From positions 63,428,001-63,492,000 of the forward strand of contig NC_087436.1 of the NCBI RefSeq assembly GCF_036321535.1: a stretch of DNA of 64,000 nt, given 5' to 3'. A model generated the notes under the pieces. It saw only the letters and a program-made list of their open reading frames with translations. It ran no database searches and had not been told where the DNA came from. Positions 1 to 11,818 of the stretch are shown piece after piece. A program made the translations under genes and the position numbers. The stretch's first letter is position 1. Every line of letters starts with the position of its first letter. This DNA comes from Camelus dromedarius (Eukaryota).

Positions 1-1609
1 TTTCTTTCTTCTTTTTCCCTTTCTGTCTTTTTTTTTAAAGGCATTTAAGTAAGCAATCAAATCAAGAAAATCCTGGTTCATTATATCGTATCTTTCATGG
101 TGACCTGAAAGTTAATAGTCAGGCTCTCCCAGGTCAGGAAAGACTAGTATATCCAACAATAGAACCCCTTAAAAAGAAAAATTTTCAAAACCAACTTGCT
201 GGGAATTGAAGCTGCCCATAGAAAATCTAGTTATTAGCTATGAAGAAGACTGAATATTCATATAATCTTATTCTAAACTCTCATTCTCCCATTTGGAATC
301 CATTTAGGTCCACTTCTGTGTTTAATATCCATAGATTTGACATCTTAATTGTAATTCAAAATTTTCTCAGTTTTAATATATTTAAATTATCTTTATCTTC
401 CTGTCTTCTTTCTCATTGATTTCAGTTCATTTCCCCCAAGCTAGCTAATTTTATCATTTTCTTTTTTAAAGTATCGATTAGAACTTTCATATTCAAACCA
501 TCCTCTCTTTATTCTCAATTTAAAAAAAACCTCTATGGAAACAGAGAAAAGAAGTAATATCTAACAGCAATAAAATTCAAGTGAGACAGAAATCTTAAGG
601 ACAGAATTTTGGAGAAACCCACAATAAATATAAAGTAGATGAAGCTAGATTAAGTTAAAACAGTCTAATAATTATAAGATATCATCTCTATACCAATCAT
701 AATAGAGGTAGCAATTTACTTTTGTATGGATGGCTTTTGAGGGTTGGGGAGGATGAAAAATAAAATTTCATTTTCCTCACTCAGTGCAGTCATCTCTTCA
801 AATCCGTAACAGTGGTATAAACTACATAAGAACTAAGTGGGAAGCAGTTAATATATGTGAGATGAACTCATCAGAGAATAATAAGTAAATTCACGCTAGG
901 CAGTATTAGATGTGTGGGCCATGAACATGGAACCTGAGCTGGGATCAGATAAGGATATTTGACCATCCTCAGTAGATAATGAACAATCAACAACACACAC
1001 CTACTATTCTTACCAGTAAGGAGTCTAAATTAACCTTTAATACTTCCAGAATGAGTTATCAAAATGTAACAAAAATGGAGTCTAGGGAAATATACTGCAG
1101 AACAAGGTAAATGGAATGCATTTAATTTTTTTGAAAATCCTATTTTGAAATTTTTCTCTCGGGTTTTAAATTTCAATTTAACTTTAAAACTTACCCAGTC
1201 ATTTTATGAGGATTTATTACTTTATTTTAAAATGGTATCTCCTAATATTACTGAGCATGAAACATTGCTTAGCAATGACAGTTGCTTTTTTTTATATTGA
1301 TATGAAAACAAAGCTGTAATTATTACCTTTAAAGATATATTCTATAATTTTTAAATAATTTATTTCCACACATAGATTTTATTTGCTTATATATGTCTAT
1401 ATACATATATAATTTGATATACATTAATTTAGCTTTAAAGATATATATAATTATTTTAAGTGTGTTTTCAATGTATCAGTTTCAAGAAGGCATTCATAAA
1501 TTTTTTTATTGAAATACAAATTATCTTGAAATTTTTCAGAATTTATAAGCTAACATATAATTTATGTATGTAGTTAAACTGTATATGTGCATGTATGTGT
1601 ATTTTAATC

Positions 1610-2092
1610 AATGTGACCACTATAGAATGTTTCCCAGAAGCCAATTACAACCTCCTTCTTCCTTTGATTTCCTCTACGACAGACATAGGAAAGATAAAAG
1701 TCAGCTTTTTAAACTGCTTGGCAGTTAGGTCTGGCCAGGTATAGCAGCCATGGCCAAAGAATAAAGTAGATTGTCTTTATTCTTTTAAACAAAACAAAAC
1801 CCCCCAAAACTTAATGAGGAGATAGTTTGGGCCTTTAGCTTTTCATGTTTCCTGTAACATAGATGTGAAGTCAAGAGATAAACCAGCTATCTTGTAAAAA
1901 AACGCATACCAAGAATGTAAGGGCAGGATGAGAGAAGGAGCTAGGATCTTCTATGACAGCCCCAGACTGCCATATCCACCCTGGCCTCTTTCCATTGAAC
2001 CTCTTATTATTGAGATGAATAAACCTATTATCGTTTAAGCCACTGTATTATAATTTTTTGTTATTTCCAACCAAAAGTAATTCTAACTGATA
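1610..2092 (+). mobile_element. Old MaLR solo LTR (MLT1J/K-like)
   Basis: MLT1-type 3' end: 'gaataaacctattatcgtttaagccactgtatta...ttgttatttccaaccaaaagtaattctaactgata'. Subfamily assigned from memory. Confidence 0.65.
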
Positions 2093-4439
2093 TTACTAGC
2101 TTATACATTCTAAAAATTTTCTTGATCATTTTTATCTTAATAAAGTATATCATTCCTTGACTGCCTTTCTGAAAGCCTATAATAGGAAATCTATTTTAAA
2201 GAATAGTAATAAAATAGTATTCTGAATTTTTAACTTTTTCTATTGCTGGTATTTTATGATAATGGCTACATTGGTTAAACTAAATATTTACAAGTAAGAA
2301 TCTTGATTATTTTTCTCTGAATATAACTATAGTACAATTTTCACATATTGTCTTAAGTTTTATTTGCATAACATGAAACACACCCTCCTTCAAAATAAAG
2401 CAATAAAATATTGAAATCAGAAATGAATATTGAAATCAGCAAATATCTGTTGATTGCTTAATGTAGTACAAAAGCTGACTTAACTGAGGGAACAAAAAAA
2501 TGTAATATATATTATTTGTCATAAGACAATGCCAAAAAATTTTCACATGAGAAAAGAAAACAAGAATAATATGCAAACTCTCCCAAAATGACTTAACACA
2601 ATCCCAGTTCCTGTAAGAAGGCTCTTTTACCAACTTCCAAGACATTTCCTGTTCCCCATGTTCTGCAGTTTCTTTTAGTGAAATCGAATATCAACTCTGT
2701 TTACTAACAGTTATTCCTGGTGGTCTTCGGTGCAACATAAATTCAATTGAATATACTGAGATGCAGATACCACTGTAAATCAAAGTACAATCCAACTGCA
2801 TTACATCCATCTAACTATAATAACACCAACACTGCCTTATGCTCATTACTAAGTACCTCCTCACAGACCACCAGGGGAAAAGATGCAGTGACTTTTTGTG
2901 TGGGTGTAGCAGGACAACATGACTGAATCAGATAACTGATTTTGGAGAAGAGAGTGAGATAAATCTGCAATGGTCAGTTCAAGTCAGTTTGATACCCAGA
3001 GGAACTGAATTTTATTCAAAACTTTGAGAAGAAATAAGCATAATATAATGTTTGTGAACATTAATTTGATGCCTGTGAATAGGAAAAAGAGACTGGGTAA
3101 ATATCAGAAGGGTGGCAGAAAAGTGAAAAAAGAAAAGATATTAATAGGCATTTTCAATAGACATTATATATAATTTCTCAATACATTATTTTAATTAGTT
3201 CCATATAGCACCATAAGTGTATTTTTTTTCATATACTTTCAGTTCTTTCAAGATGGTATCCTTGTTTTTTAAGCTGCATTTGTTTATAATTCTTACTTTA
3301 ATTATTTCAGAAGCAGGTGCTCAATAAAATTCTATTAAGCATTGAACTTATTTATTTTCCAAAACATGATTTGGCTTCCTTTTGTTTTCTTCTATAGTCT
3401 TTGATGGATGAGAACGTTTGTGATTTAAATTCATTGTGAATTATTTGGGGTCAAATTTGTAATTATGCTAAATCCTTTCATGTTCGATAAGCTATTCAGC
3501 AAGAAATGCATACACTATTTAGCTAGGATTTCTAGAAAATCTTATCATCTCCTTTTCTAATAAAGCATTTGAATCTTGGTATTGAGCAAAGGGTAACACT
3601 TGTAATTGAATATGTCAATAATAAGGTACAAAATGCAATTTAAAAAGGCTATTGTAATCAGTTTTGTTGTAATATGTTATGGCTATCATTGAAAGAGATT
3701 AAGTTTATAATAGATTAAATATTTCATGCTAATTGTTCTGGTATTGAGGTTTATTTTCTTGTCACAGTTCAATTGTGGCTGCTTGTCACACAGCTACTAG
3801 ATTTCCTGATCTACATAATATCTAATATGTGCATGACAACAAATAAAACACCACAATTATTTGCTTATTAGAACTATCCATAGCAAATATTCAATAACAT
3901 GAAAAGGTCTAAAGAATTGACAGAGTTTTTCACATTGCATCCAGACATTTTTGCCTTTTCTCACAGACACAATATATGCTTGGAATTAGAAGAACTGGTA
4001 GGGAAAAGTAAAGAAAGGAATGAAAACATAAGAAAGACAGACTTCATATAATCATTTATTTGGAATTGCTAATTATCAATTCCCTAATAAAAGTTTTAAT
4101 TAAAATATTGTTATTATTTAATCAATTAAAATAAGTACACATTTCCATGAAAATGAGGAAACAAAAATATATTATGACAGACATCAAGCAATAAACTGTT
4201 ATTGAAAAGGATTTATAATCTCTGTCTCAGTGTAGCAGAAAGTTTACTGTTGAAAGTTCTTTTGTGTGTAGTAATTAGCAAAATACAAACTTCCATACAG
4301 GAAAATTATACTTACATAAAAGAAAATTAATGTCTTTTAGTACCCAATAGCATTTTTCATTGAATTTATTCTAAAAATGCAATACTTTGAACATTAAAAA
4401 AAGTTACTTACATTTTATATTTTGAAAATGTTTGTCATC

Positions 4440-4915
4440 AATATTGTCCATTTATCTCCAAAATCATTCTGTACCTTTATCCATCCTATTCTGTGCCTGA
4501 GAAGGCTGAACTTCATGGGCTAAGTTGACAGGCTCTCTTGCCCTTGGACTTTCCACTGGTTTCAGAACTATAGGATAGGAAATTAGTGGATAGAGTGACA
4601 ACAAGGGTGAAGTATATATTCACCTGGCTTCCTTTTTGTCTGGCTACGGATAGGCTGTGGCTGGGTTCTCAACACAAGGCTCAGTTTCTGTCTGGTGACC
4701 TTCTTAGTCTACAAACTCTCTGAAGGTCTGGTAACCTCTCCATGCTTTTGACCCCTTGAGGACTAGAGCTGATTACATTCCTTTCCCTGTGGGGTCTAGC
4801 ATGGAGGCTTTACCTTTCCTTGTTTGTTTTCCTTTACCGTGACCATATCTTTGTGAAGTCACTTTATTCAATACTCTTTAATTGTTTCATGTCAGTATAC
4901 CATCTGGTTCGTGGT
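4440..4915 (+). mobile_element. ERVL solo LTR (LTR33-like)
   Basis: 'ctgtgcctgagaaggctgaacttcatgggc...ggctctcttgcccttggactttccactggtttc' and the 3' portion 'gaccatatctttgtgaagtcactttattcaatactct' resemble LTR33. Confidence 0.6.
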
Positions 4916-4919
4916 AGAG

Positions 4920-5470
4920 TTATTACATTTTTCTTAAATTGCAGTATAGTATCTTCACATTGCATAATATTATAACTTAAATATCCAACATCACCAGAAA
5001 GGTAATTATGTTGGATTTTTAATATACTTACACATTAAACATGAACATTTTAAGCTATCTTTAGTAAATACAAACTACACATTTGTCTACTAACTGTATA
5101 GTCAAATTTAATATTTTATGAGTAAGATCACTATAATTTAAATATTTTATTAACACCAATAGTTATAATTTCATGTACAAGTATAGATGGCATGAATCAA
5201 AAACACTTTGCAAAATTGTCCTCTAGAAAGGATTATCATTTATACTTCTACCAATACCATATGAAGATCCTATTTATCAGGCAGTGACTGTATAAATATA
5301 TAATTCTTTTTAAATTTTGCCAATAAATAGACAATAATTAGCATTTTATTATTTTACTTAGCATTTAATTGCTAGTGAATTTAAATAAATTTTATTTTCA
5401 TATGCTATTAGCAAAGTGCATTCTTCCTCAGTGAAATCACTTTTCATAGTTTTACCCATTTTATTGGTAT
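4920..5470 (-). mobile_element. Ancient LINE-1 3' fragment (L1ME-like)
   Basis: Decayed antisense L1 3' motifs: 'ttgcaaaattgtcctctagaaaggattatcatttatacttctaccaatacc', 'taaattttgccaat', 'ttttacccatttt'. Confidence 0.55.
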
Positions 5471-5559
5471 AATTAAGCTTCTAGAAGTCTCCAATGTCCA
5501 AGTTTCTACTGAAGGCAAATTTTGGATGGTGATGTTATACTTATTGTTATAGGGTAGGC

Positions 5560-6530
5560 AGGGAAAGAAGGCTCAGTGTAGTGGTGAGTTTTGTTTAGGA
5601 GAAATGATAAATCTGTGGTGATTAAATGACATCCAAATAGATATGGGTAGTTTGATTATAAATTTGTTAGAGCTTGGTCGAGAGATTTCTATTAAAAATA
5701 CAGACTTTAGAGACTTCAGAATATGTAATAAAATCATCTAAGTGAATAGTTTGTAAGCTGATAAGAAATGTGACAATATTATAAACATAAAAACCAATTT
5801 TATGGGGTGAGCTTGTAAAGAAGTTCACATGAAGAAGTATAGACAGGGAAGAGGAAAATTAAAAGCATGTAATGTGGAAGCTAAGGGAAGTGAGAATTCA
5901 ATATTATCACACACTGGTAAAGGTCGAGTAAAATGAAAACAAAATTATGCATTGTTTTGATTAATAAAAAGAGTTTATTAATGAGTTTGTTGAGAGACAT
6001 TTCAGTGTTATGGTAGAACTAGCCCCATTAGATTGAAGAGAAAATGAAAGATGAGTAACTGGAGACATAAGTGTGAAAAAATTCATCAAAGAGGTTTTAC
6101 TATGAAAGAAAATAGAGACAGAGTTGGTTTTGGGAAGATGTGGAACTAAGGGAATTTGGTTTAGTTTAGTTTAGTTCTAAAAATTAAACATTGAAGAGAG
6201 CTGAGCATATTTGAATTCTAATGGGAAGAAGAGAGTTGGGTCAGAAAACTGTAAGAAATAAGACACAAGAGGTGATTAATAGATTTATGTACCAGAGAGA
6301 GTACGAAGGTATAAGATCTAAAGCATAAATTGAAACCTAAACTTAAGAGAAGAATCAGTACTTTGTAATAGAGAAACTTGGAAATCATAGGTAAAGATGA
6401 AACTATGTGTGTCAGTGCATTGGCATTAAAATAAGTATTATTAGTTTGATGGCATGTAGATTCTCTGGAAAAAGAAAACTAGTTTTTTTTAGCATGATGG
6501 GAAAATAAGATGGGTGGTAGGGTTAAAGAT
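5560..6530 (-). mobile_element. L2 LINE remnant
   Basis: Purine-rich antisense L2 motifs: 'gacatccaaatagatatg', 'gagagacatttcagtgttatggtagaa...attgaagagaaaatgaaagatgagtaactggagaca'. Confidence 0.6.
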
Positions 6531-6554
6531 TCGAGTATCTTAGCTAAAGTTTAA

Positions 6555-7185
6555 ATGAAGACAAGCACAAGCAACCAACTGGGGAAAGCACATCTCTGGC
6601 AGGAGACCTGTAGGCAGAAGATAAATAAAACTGCTACAACTGAAGAACAAGATGACAACCCAGTAAAAATTGACAAGCATGTCAACAGACATTTCACAAA
6701 AGAAGATATACAGAAATCTTATTAGCATATACAGATATTCAACATTCTTGGTCATTAGGCAAGGGCAAATCAAAACCACAAGGAGAGACCACTTTACACA
6801 TCACACATTCCAGGATGGCTATAATTGAAAAAAAACAAGATAGATAATGGCAAGTGTTGACAAGAATGTGGAGAAACAGGAACCTTCATATATTTCTGGA
6901 AGAAAAGGAAAATGGTGCACCTACATTTGAAAACAGTTTGGTAGGATCTCAAAAATTTAAACATAAAAACTACTACCAGCCATTTCAGTCATAGGTATAT
7001 AAGCAAGAGCAGTGAAAACATAAATCCACTCAAAGAGTTGCACAGGAATGTTCATAATAGGCTGATACATAATAACAAAAACTTGAAATCTAACAAAATG
7101 TTCATCAGTTGGTGAATGGGTACATTTATATTATTTTGAGTATTTTATAACATGTAAGATATGCCTCAATAAACTTGTCTTAAAA
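6555..7185 (+). mobile_element. LINE-1 3' fragment (L1MB/MC-like; ORF2 C-terminus to poly(A) signal)
   Basis: 'aacagacatttcacaaaagaagatatac', 'gcaaatcaaaaccacaaggaga', 'caagtgttgacaagaatgtggagaaacaggaacct'; ends 'cctcaataaac...aaaa'. Confidence 0.85.
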
Positions 7186-7299
7186 ATAGTTCATGAGGTT
7201 TTCAAGATGCTAAGTAATAAATGTATGAAAAACATAACAAAATGGGAAATATTCTGACTCTATTTTAGCTGAAGGCCAAAATAATAGAGGTCAACTTAT

Positions 7300-8355
7300 T
7301 CCACTTTTCTTTTTGAAGATGTTAGAAAACTTCTTTAGGCATTGCAAGGGCAATTGTTTAAACAATGTTATAGTATTTAGTATGTACCTTATCTTAATAT
7401 GTAAAAGAATGAAAGTTAAAGAATCTTAGAGAAAAGCTTTAAACTTCCTGGAGAGCTTAATGTGTCTCCTAGAGTGAGTGATGGGGGAGCTATTGTTTGA
7501 TTCATTCATCACTTACGAGAAGTGGCAGCCTGCCTTGCTGCTCTGTTGGTGGAAAAAGAAGAGTCTATATTAGACTTGGTTTGCATTCCCAAAACTTGTT
7601 GGGGTAAAGGAAGCATAGGTATTTCCTGTGTATTAGATATGAGCCAAGTGGAAGTAATAAACCCATTCTGGGGCCATCTTGAAAGTACTCTGCCTTGGAG
7701 GACTTTCTGAATGAGCAATGGGCTCTCCACATAGTATGTGGGTAGACCACCATAAACCAGAGAATGAAGGTAAATCAAAGTGGTGAGCAAGAGTTAGCTT
7801 ACCCATATTAAGATGAGACAAGTGAGAAATATCCAGGGAGAGTTTATCTCTGATGAGCCAACCAATCTTATTAAAATACTCAGCCTTTTTAAATCCTCCA
7901 AATTAATAGAGGAGTAATGCCATGTCATGATATTAAAAGGCAACTGAGATCTTTATACCATTATACATAGTCTCGCTATCTCTTTTTCTAAGCTGAAACT
8001 ACTACAAATCACAGCTAGAAATCTATAAGCAAAGAGAATGAGGAAAGCGAGTGAAATAGAGAAGAGCCCAAATTTCTCTCATTTCTAACTGCAGGCTTGA
8101 TCTAGAAATAAGCTAGAAATGAGGGAGGGAGAAATTTAAAATGACTATCAGAAGTTTTATCACTATATGATACGGAATTATTATTTACTGAATTTTAAAC
8201 TGTGATTTGTAACTACAGTTAACAGAGGGCTTTTTATCATCTAAAAATTTCATCCTAGAGAGAAGTAGGTTTAAAATAATATTAATGGGGAAACAAAATG
8301 TCAACTTTTGATTTCTCTGTATCAAGGTCCATTTTTTTTAAACAAAATGGTTAAA
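7300..8355 (+). mobile_element. Old LTR-like element (possibly LTR78-like)
   Basis: Local GC rise; the 3' part 'gagggagggagaaatttaaaatgactatcagaagtttt...ggggaaacaaaatgtcaactttt...aaatggttaaaa' resembles LTR78 from memory. Confidence 0.4.
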
Positions 8356-8482
8356 AAGAGATCAACTGCCAGTAAGTATGAAAGATTCATTTGAAATTAG
8401 AGATTTTAAAATTACAATTGCCTATAGGCATACCTATACCTATGTGATTTTTAATTTTTAAAAATTTTTTTAGTGGGTAATG

Positions 8483-8740
8483 ATAGGGTATTGTAGTTAA
8501 GAGGACAGACAATAGAATCAAGCTGCCTGCATTTCAAGCCTGGTTGCATCGCTTAATGGCCACATGATCTTGGTCAAATTACTTAAGTTCTTTTTATTTC
8601 CAGTTAGTCCTTTTTAAAAAAATGGCTTAATGTTAGTGCTCACTTTAAGTGATTTTGAAGATTACAAAATTCATGTATATTAGCACTTCCAATAGCAAAT
8701 GGTGAGGGTAAGCATTCTATTAATGTTATCTATCATTATC
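8483..8740 (+). mobile_element. MIR SINE
   Basis: 'gtagttaagaggacagac...ctgcctgcatttcaagcctgg...atgatcttggtcaaattacttaa...gtaagcattctattaatgttatctatcattatc' follows the MIR layout end to end. Confidence 0.75.
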
Positions 8741-8744
8741 AGTA

Positions 8745-10280
8745 TATTCTTCAGCAGCTCTCAAATGCCTATCGATAGGAAAGGGACATGAAAACATATA
8801 ACATTTTGCAGAATTGGGGTGTGATGCAATGAAATGATAATGGGTAAGTGAGAAAAACTGACTACAGGTTAAAGTATAGGATTGCAGAATCCATGCTAGA
8901 TGAGTAGAATATAAAAGCAAGAGAGGGCTAACAGATAGGGAGATGGTGACTTGCCTTGTGAAGCAAACGAAAAAATAATGAAATAGTCACATATTATGGG
9001 ATAAATGTCATTGTTAAGTAAAAAGAAGAGGGATATGGGACCAAATATCTAGAGGAGATTTCAGAAGAAATGTAGAAGGCTGAATTAATGGAGAATATTT
9101 GAAGATCAGGGAAAAGTAATCTTTTAGTGGACAATTGGAGAAAGGATACTAGGCATAGAATAGTTGTGTATGATGAGAAAGTCTTAGGGGTGACAAGGGG
9201 AGTGGTGTCTAGAGTGAAAGCAGAGAAAAAGATGAATGAAGAGAAATAGCCAAGGAAGATTAGGATTTGGGTATTGAACTATTTGTCTGTGATTTTGAAG
9301 GCCACGCAGAATAACACCAATTTATAGAAGAAATTACAACTTAAAAAATGATGGTAAATAACTGGGAGTTTAGAAAATGTAAATGGAGAGAAAGAATGGA
9401 TTGTGGCATATGTGGATTTCATTAACTGTATTGTACATACAATTCTGATCATAATGCTTGCTACCTACAGTTTTCTGTATAACATATGACTTTAATAAAG
9501 CCACGCACCTTAGAGAAGCTAGGATTTTCTTGTTGTCGCAAAAGTAGTGGAAGACAACGTGGAATAAGAAGTGTTTGATCTCAGCTATGATCCTATGTCA
9601 GACTCTGATGAGGATGATGGATAATTATAATGGGAGATTTTGTGGGTTATGGGAGCAGAAGTTTCCATCCGAAAAAGCTGCAGGCAAAATGGTGTAACTG
9701 GAGGAAAGCCAGGCACTATTCAAGACAAAGAGGTACAAACGATACATATGAAGTTGAAGCGTATGAAAATCTTATTCACCGTAGAATGAGATATCTAGAA
9801 AGATTTCAGAAGAACATGGAGCCTGATCACATTGGTCCACTACATTGACAGTGCCACGCTCATATATCTGTAGACAAAAAAGTATTAATAGTCCCCCAAA
9901 GTCTTGGTAAGATACATGTTTAATATAAGGTAAAAACTCTCTTCATGCAGTCATTTGAAGGCCAAATATTATTCTAGGCACTTTAATGTAACAGAAAAAA
10001 AAGACAACGTTGGCAGAAAGGCAACAGATAGTAAACAGAAAAAATAATGAGTAAGTTATAGAAAGTTTAAAGTGTCATGGTACTAAAAAACAGAGCAAAA
10101 TAAAAAGTTTCAAGAGTTTTGGCAGGAGTAGGTTACAGAGTAACATGTTAGCTATTGACAGCTGGATTTTTGAGCAAAGTCTTAAAGAAATTGGAGAGTT
10201 TATCCATGAGCGAATACGGGAGATCATTCTAGTCAGAGAGCAAGACCAGTGCAGAGCTCTAAAGGAGAACCTCTAACACA
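8745..10280 (-). mobile_element. L2 LINE remnants
   Basis: AG-rich decayed L2-like sequence, including a 3'-end-like stretch 'tcatgcagtcatttgaaggccaaatattattctaggcac...gagcaaagtcttaaagaa...gtgcagagctctaaag'. Confidence 0.45.
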
Positions 10281-11165
10281 TTAACTCATGTCAAAACGGT
10301 AATAGTTTGAAACAGTGATATTTATTTAGCATTTAAGGTTAAGAGAAGTGTTCAGTATCAGATATTTTGATAAATTAGACATGATAGGGCCTGTGAGTGG
10401 ACTAATGATAAAAGTGAACCGCACCCAGAGGAACAGGATTATTTCTATTATCTGAAACTAACATTCAAATAAATGCCCAAAGGCAAACAGATATCAAACA
10501 ACTAAGCCTCAACAAACTTATAGATGTGATGATTTGGATATCTAGAAAATTGATTTATCTTATTTCGTTTATCCTATATTGTGAAGAACAGGTAGGAAAA
10601 ACTGAATTTCTATTTTTACCACCTTAAGTTATAAAACCCTCCAAAATCAAAGCAGCATATTATAAGAACTACATAGAGATGGAAGAGATGAACAAGAGGT
10701 TATACTCAAGTGATAAATTTTTCATTCCCTGACTCATCTAAAATTCATTGTAACAATTTCATTTTTAATAAAGGAAATTTTCAGTGGGCACAGCAAAGTT
10801 TCTTCAAAGTTATTTGAATTTTGTGAAATTTATTTAATTATATGATGTAGAAATACAATGAAGTCTATAACAAGTGGGTGTAGAACATTTATAAATCCAA
10901 TTTTTTAAGTATTATTTCACTGAAGAAAATACATGTCTAGTAATTATTACATGAAACTCATTGAGTAACTTAAAGTTGAACTGAGAATAACAAAAATATA
11001 AAAAAAAAAGTGTAAGAAACCATATTAGACAAGGAAACCAGCAGAGGAGTGTTTGCATATTTTCAGTCAATTTATACTCAATAGTAAGATCACAGAACAT
11101 TTTTACATGGATTCAATAAGAATCAACGATTAATGAGGCATATCACTAAAACATGGGTCAATAGA

Positions 11166-11818
11166 TTTTTTTTTTTAATTTAAGTAGAGTCAGCCACAAT
11201 GTGTCAATTTCTGGTGCACAGCATGATGTCCCAGTCATGCATATATATACATATATTTGTATTCATATTCTTTTTCATTAAAGGTTATTACAAGATATTG
11301 AACATAGTTCCCTGTGCTATACAGAAGAAACTTTTTTAATCTATTTTTTATTTTGTGGCTAACATTTGTAAATCTCAAGCTCCCAGATTTATCCCTTTAA
11401 CTCCCTTTTCCAGTAACAATAGGATTGTTTACTATGTCTTCAAGTCAGTTTCTGTTTTGTAGATGAGTTCACAGTGTCCTTTTTTTCTTTAGATTCCACA
11501 TATGAGTGATACATGGTATTTTTCTTTCTCTTTCTGGCTTACTGCACTCACAATGATGATCTCCAGGTCCATCCATGTTGCTGCAAATGACATTATTTTA
11601 TTCTTTTTATGGCTGAGTAGTATTCCATTGTATAAATATACCACAACTTCTTTATCCAGTCATCTTTTGATGGACATTTAGGTTGCTTCCATGTCTTGGC
11701 TATTGTAAGTAATGCTGCTCTGAAAATTGGGGTTCATATATCTTTTCGAATTAGAGTTTCCTCTAGATATACACCCAGAAGATGAGATTGCTAGATCATA
11801 TGGTAACTCTATTTTTAG
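11166..11818 (-). mobile_element. Young 5'-truncated LINE-1 (3'UTR plus end of ORF2)
   Basis: Poly(T) at 11166, then 'gtgtcaatttctggtgcacagcat...tacaagatattgaacatagttccctgtgctatacagaagaaac', and ORF2-end motifs 'ccatccatgttgctgcaaatg...ggctgagtagtattccattgt'. Confidence 0.95.

Noticed and set aside
2407..2439. 14-bp direct repeat AATATTGAAATCAG; similar short duplications near 34180, 40326 and 47395
   Set aside because: Two-copy slippage duplications are common in mammalian DNA and show no array structure.
2865..2880. CTCF-like CCACCAGGGG
   Set aside because: It matches only part of the core and lacks the following GCGC/GCAG; too weak to call.
9630..9848. 72-aa ATG-initiated ORF (MGDFVGYGSRSF...)
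   Set aside because: It lies in AG-rich decayed L2-like sequence, has no recognisable domain, and its length is within the chance range.
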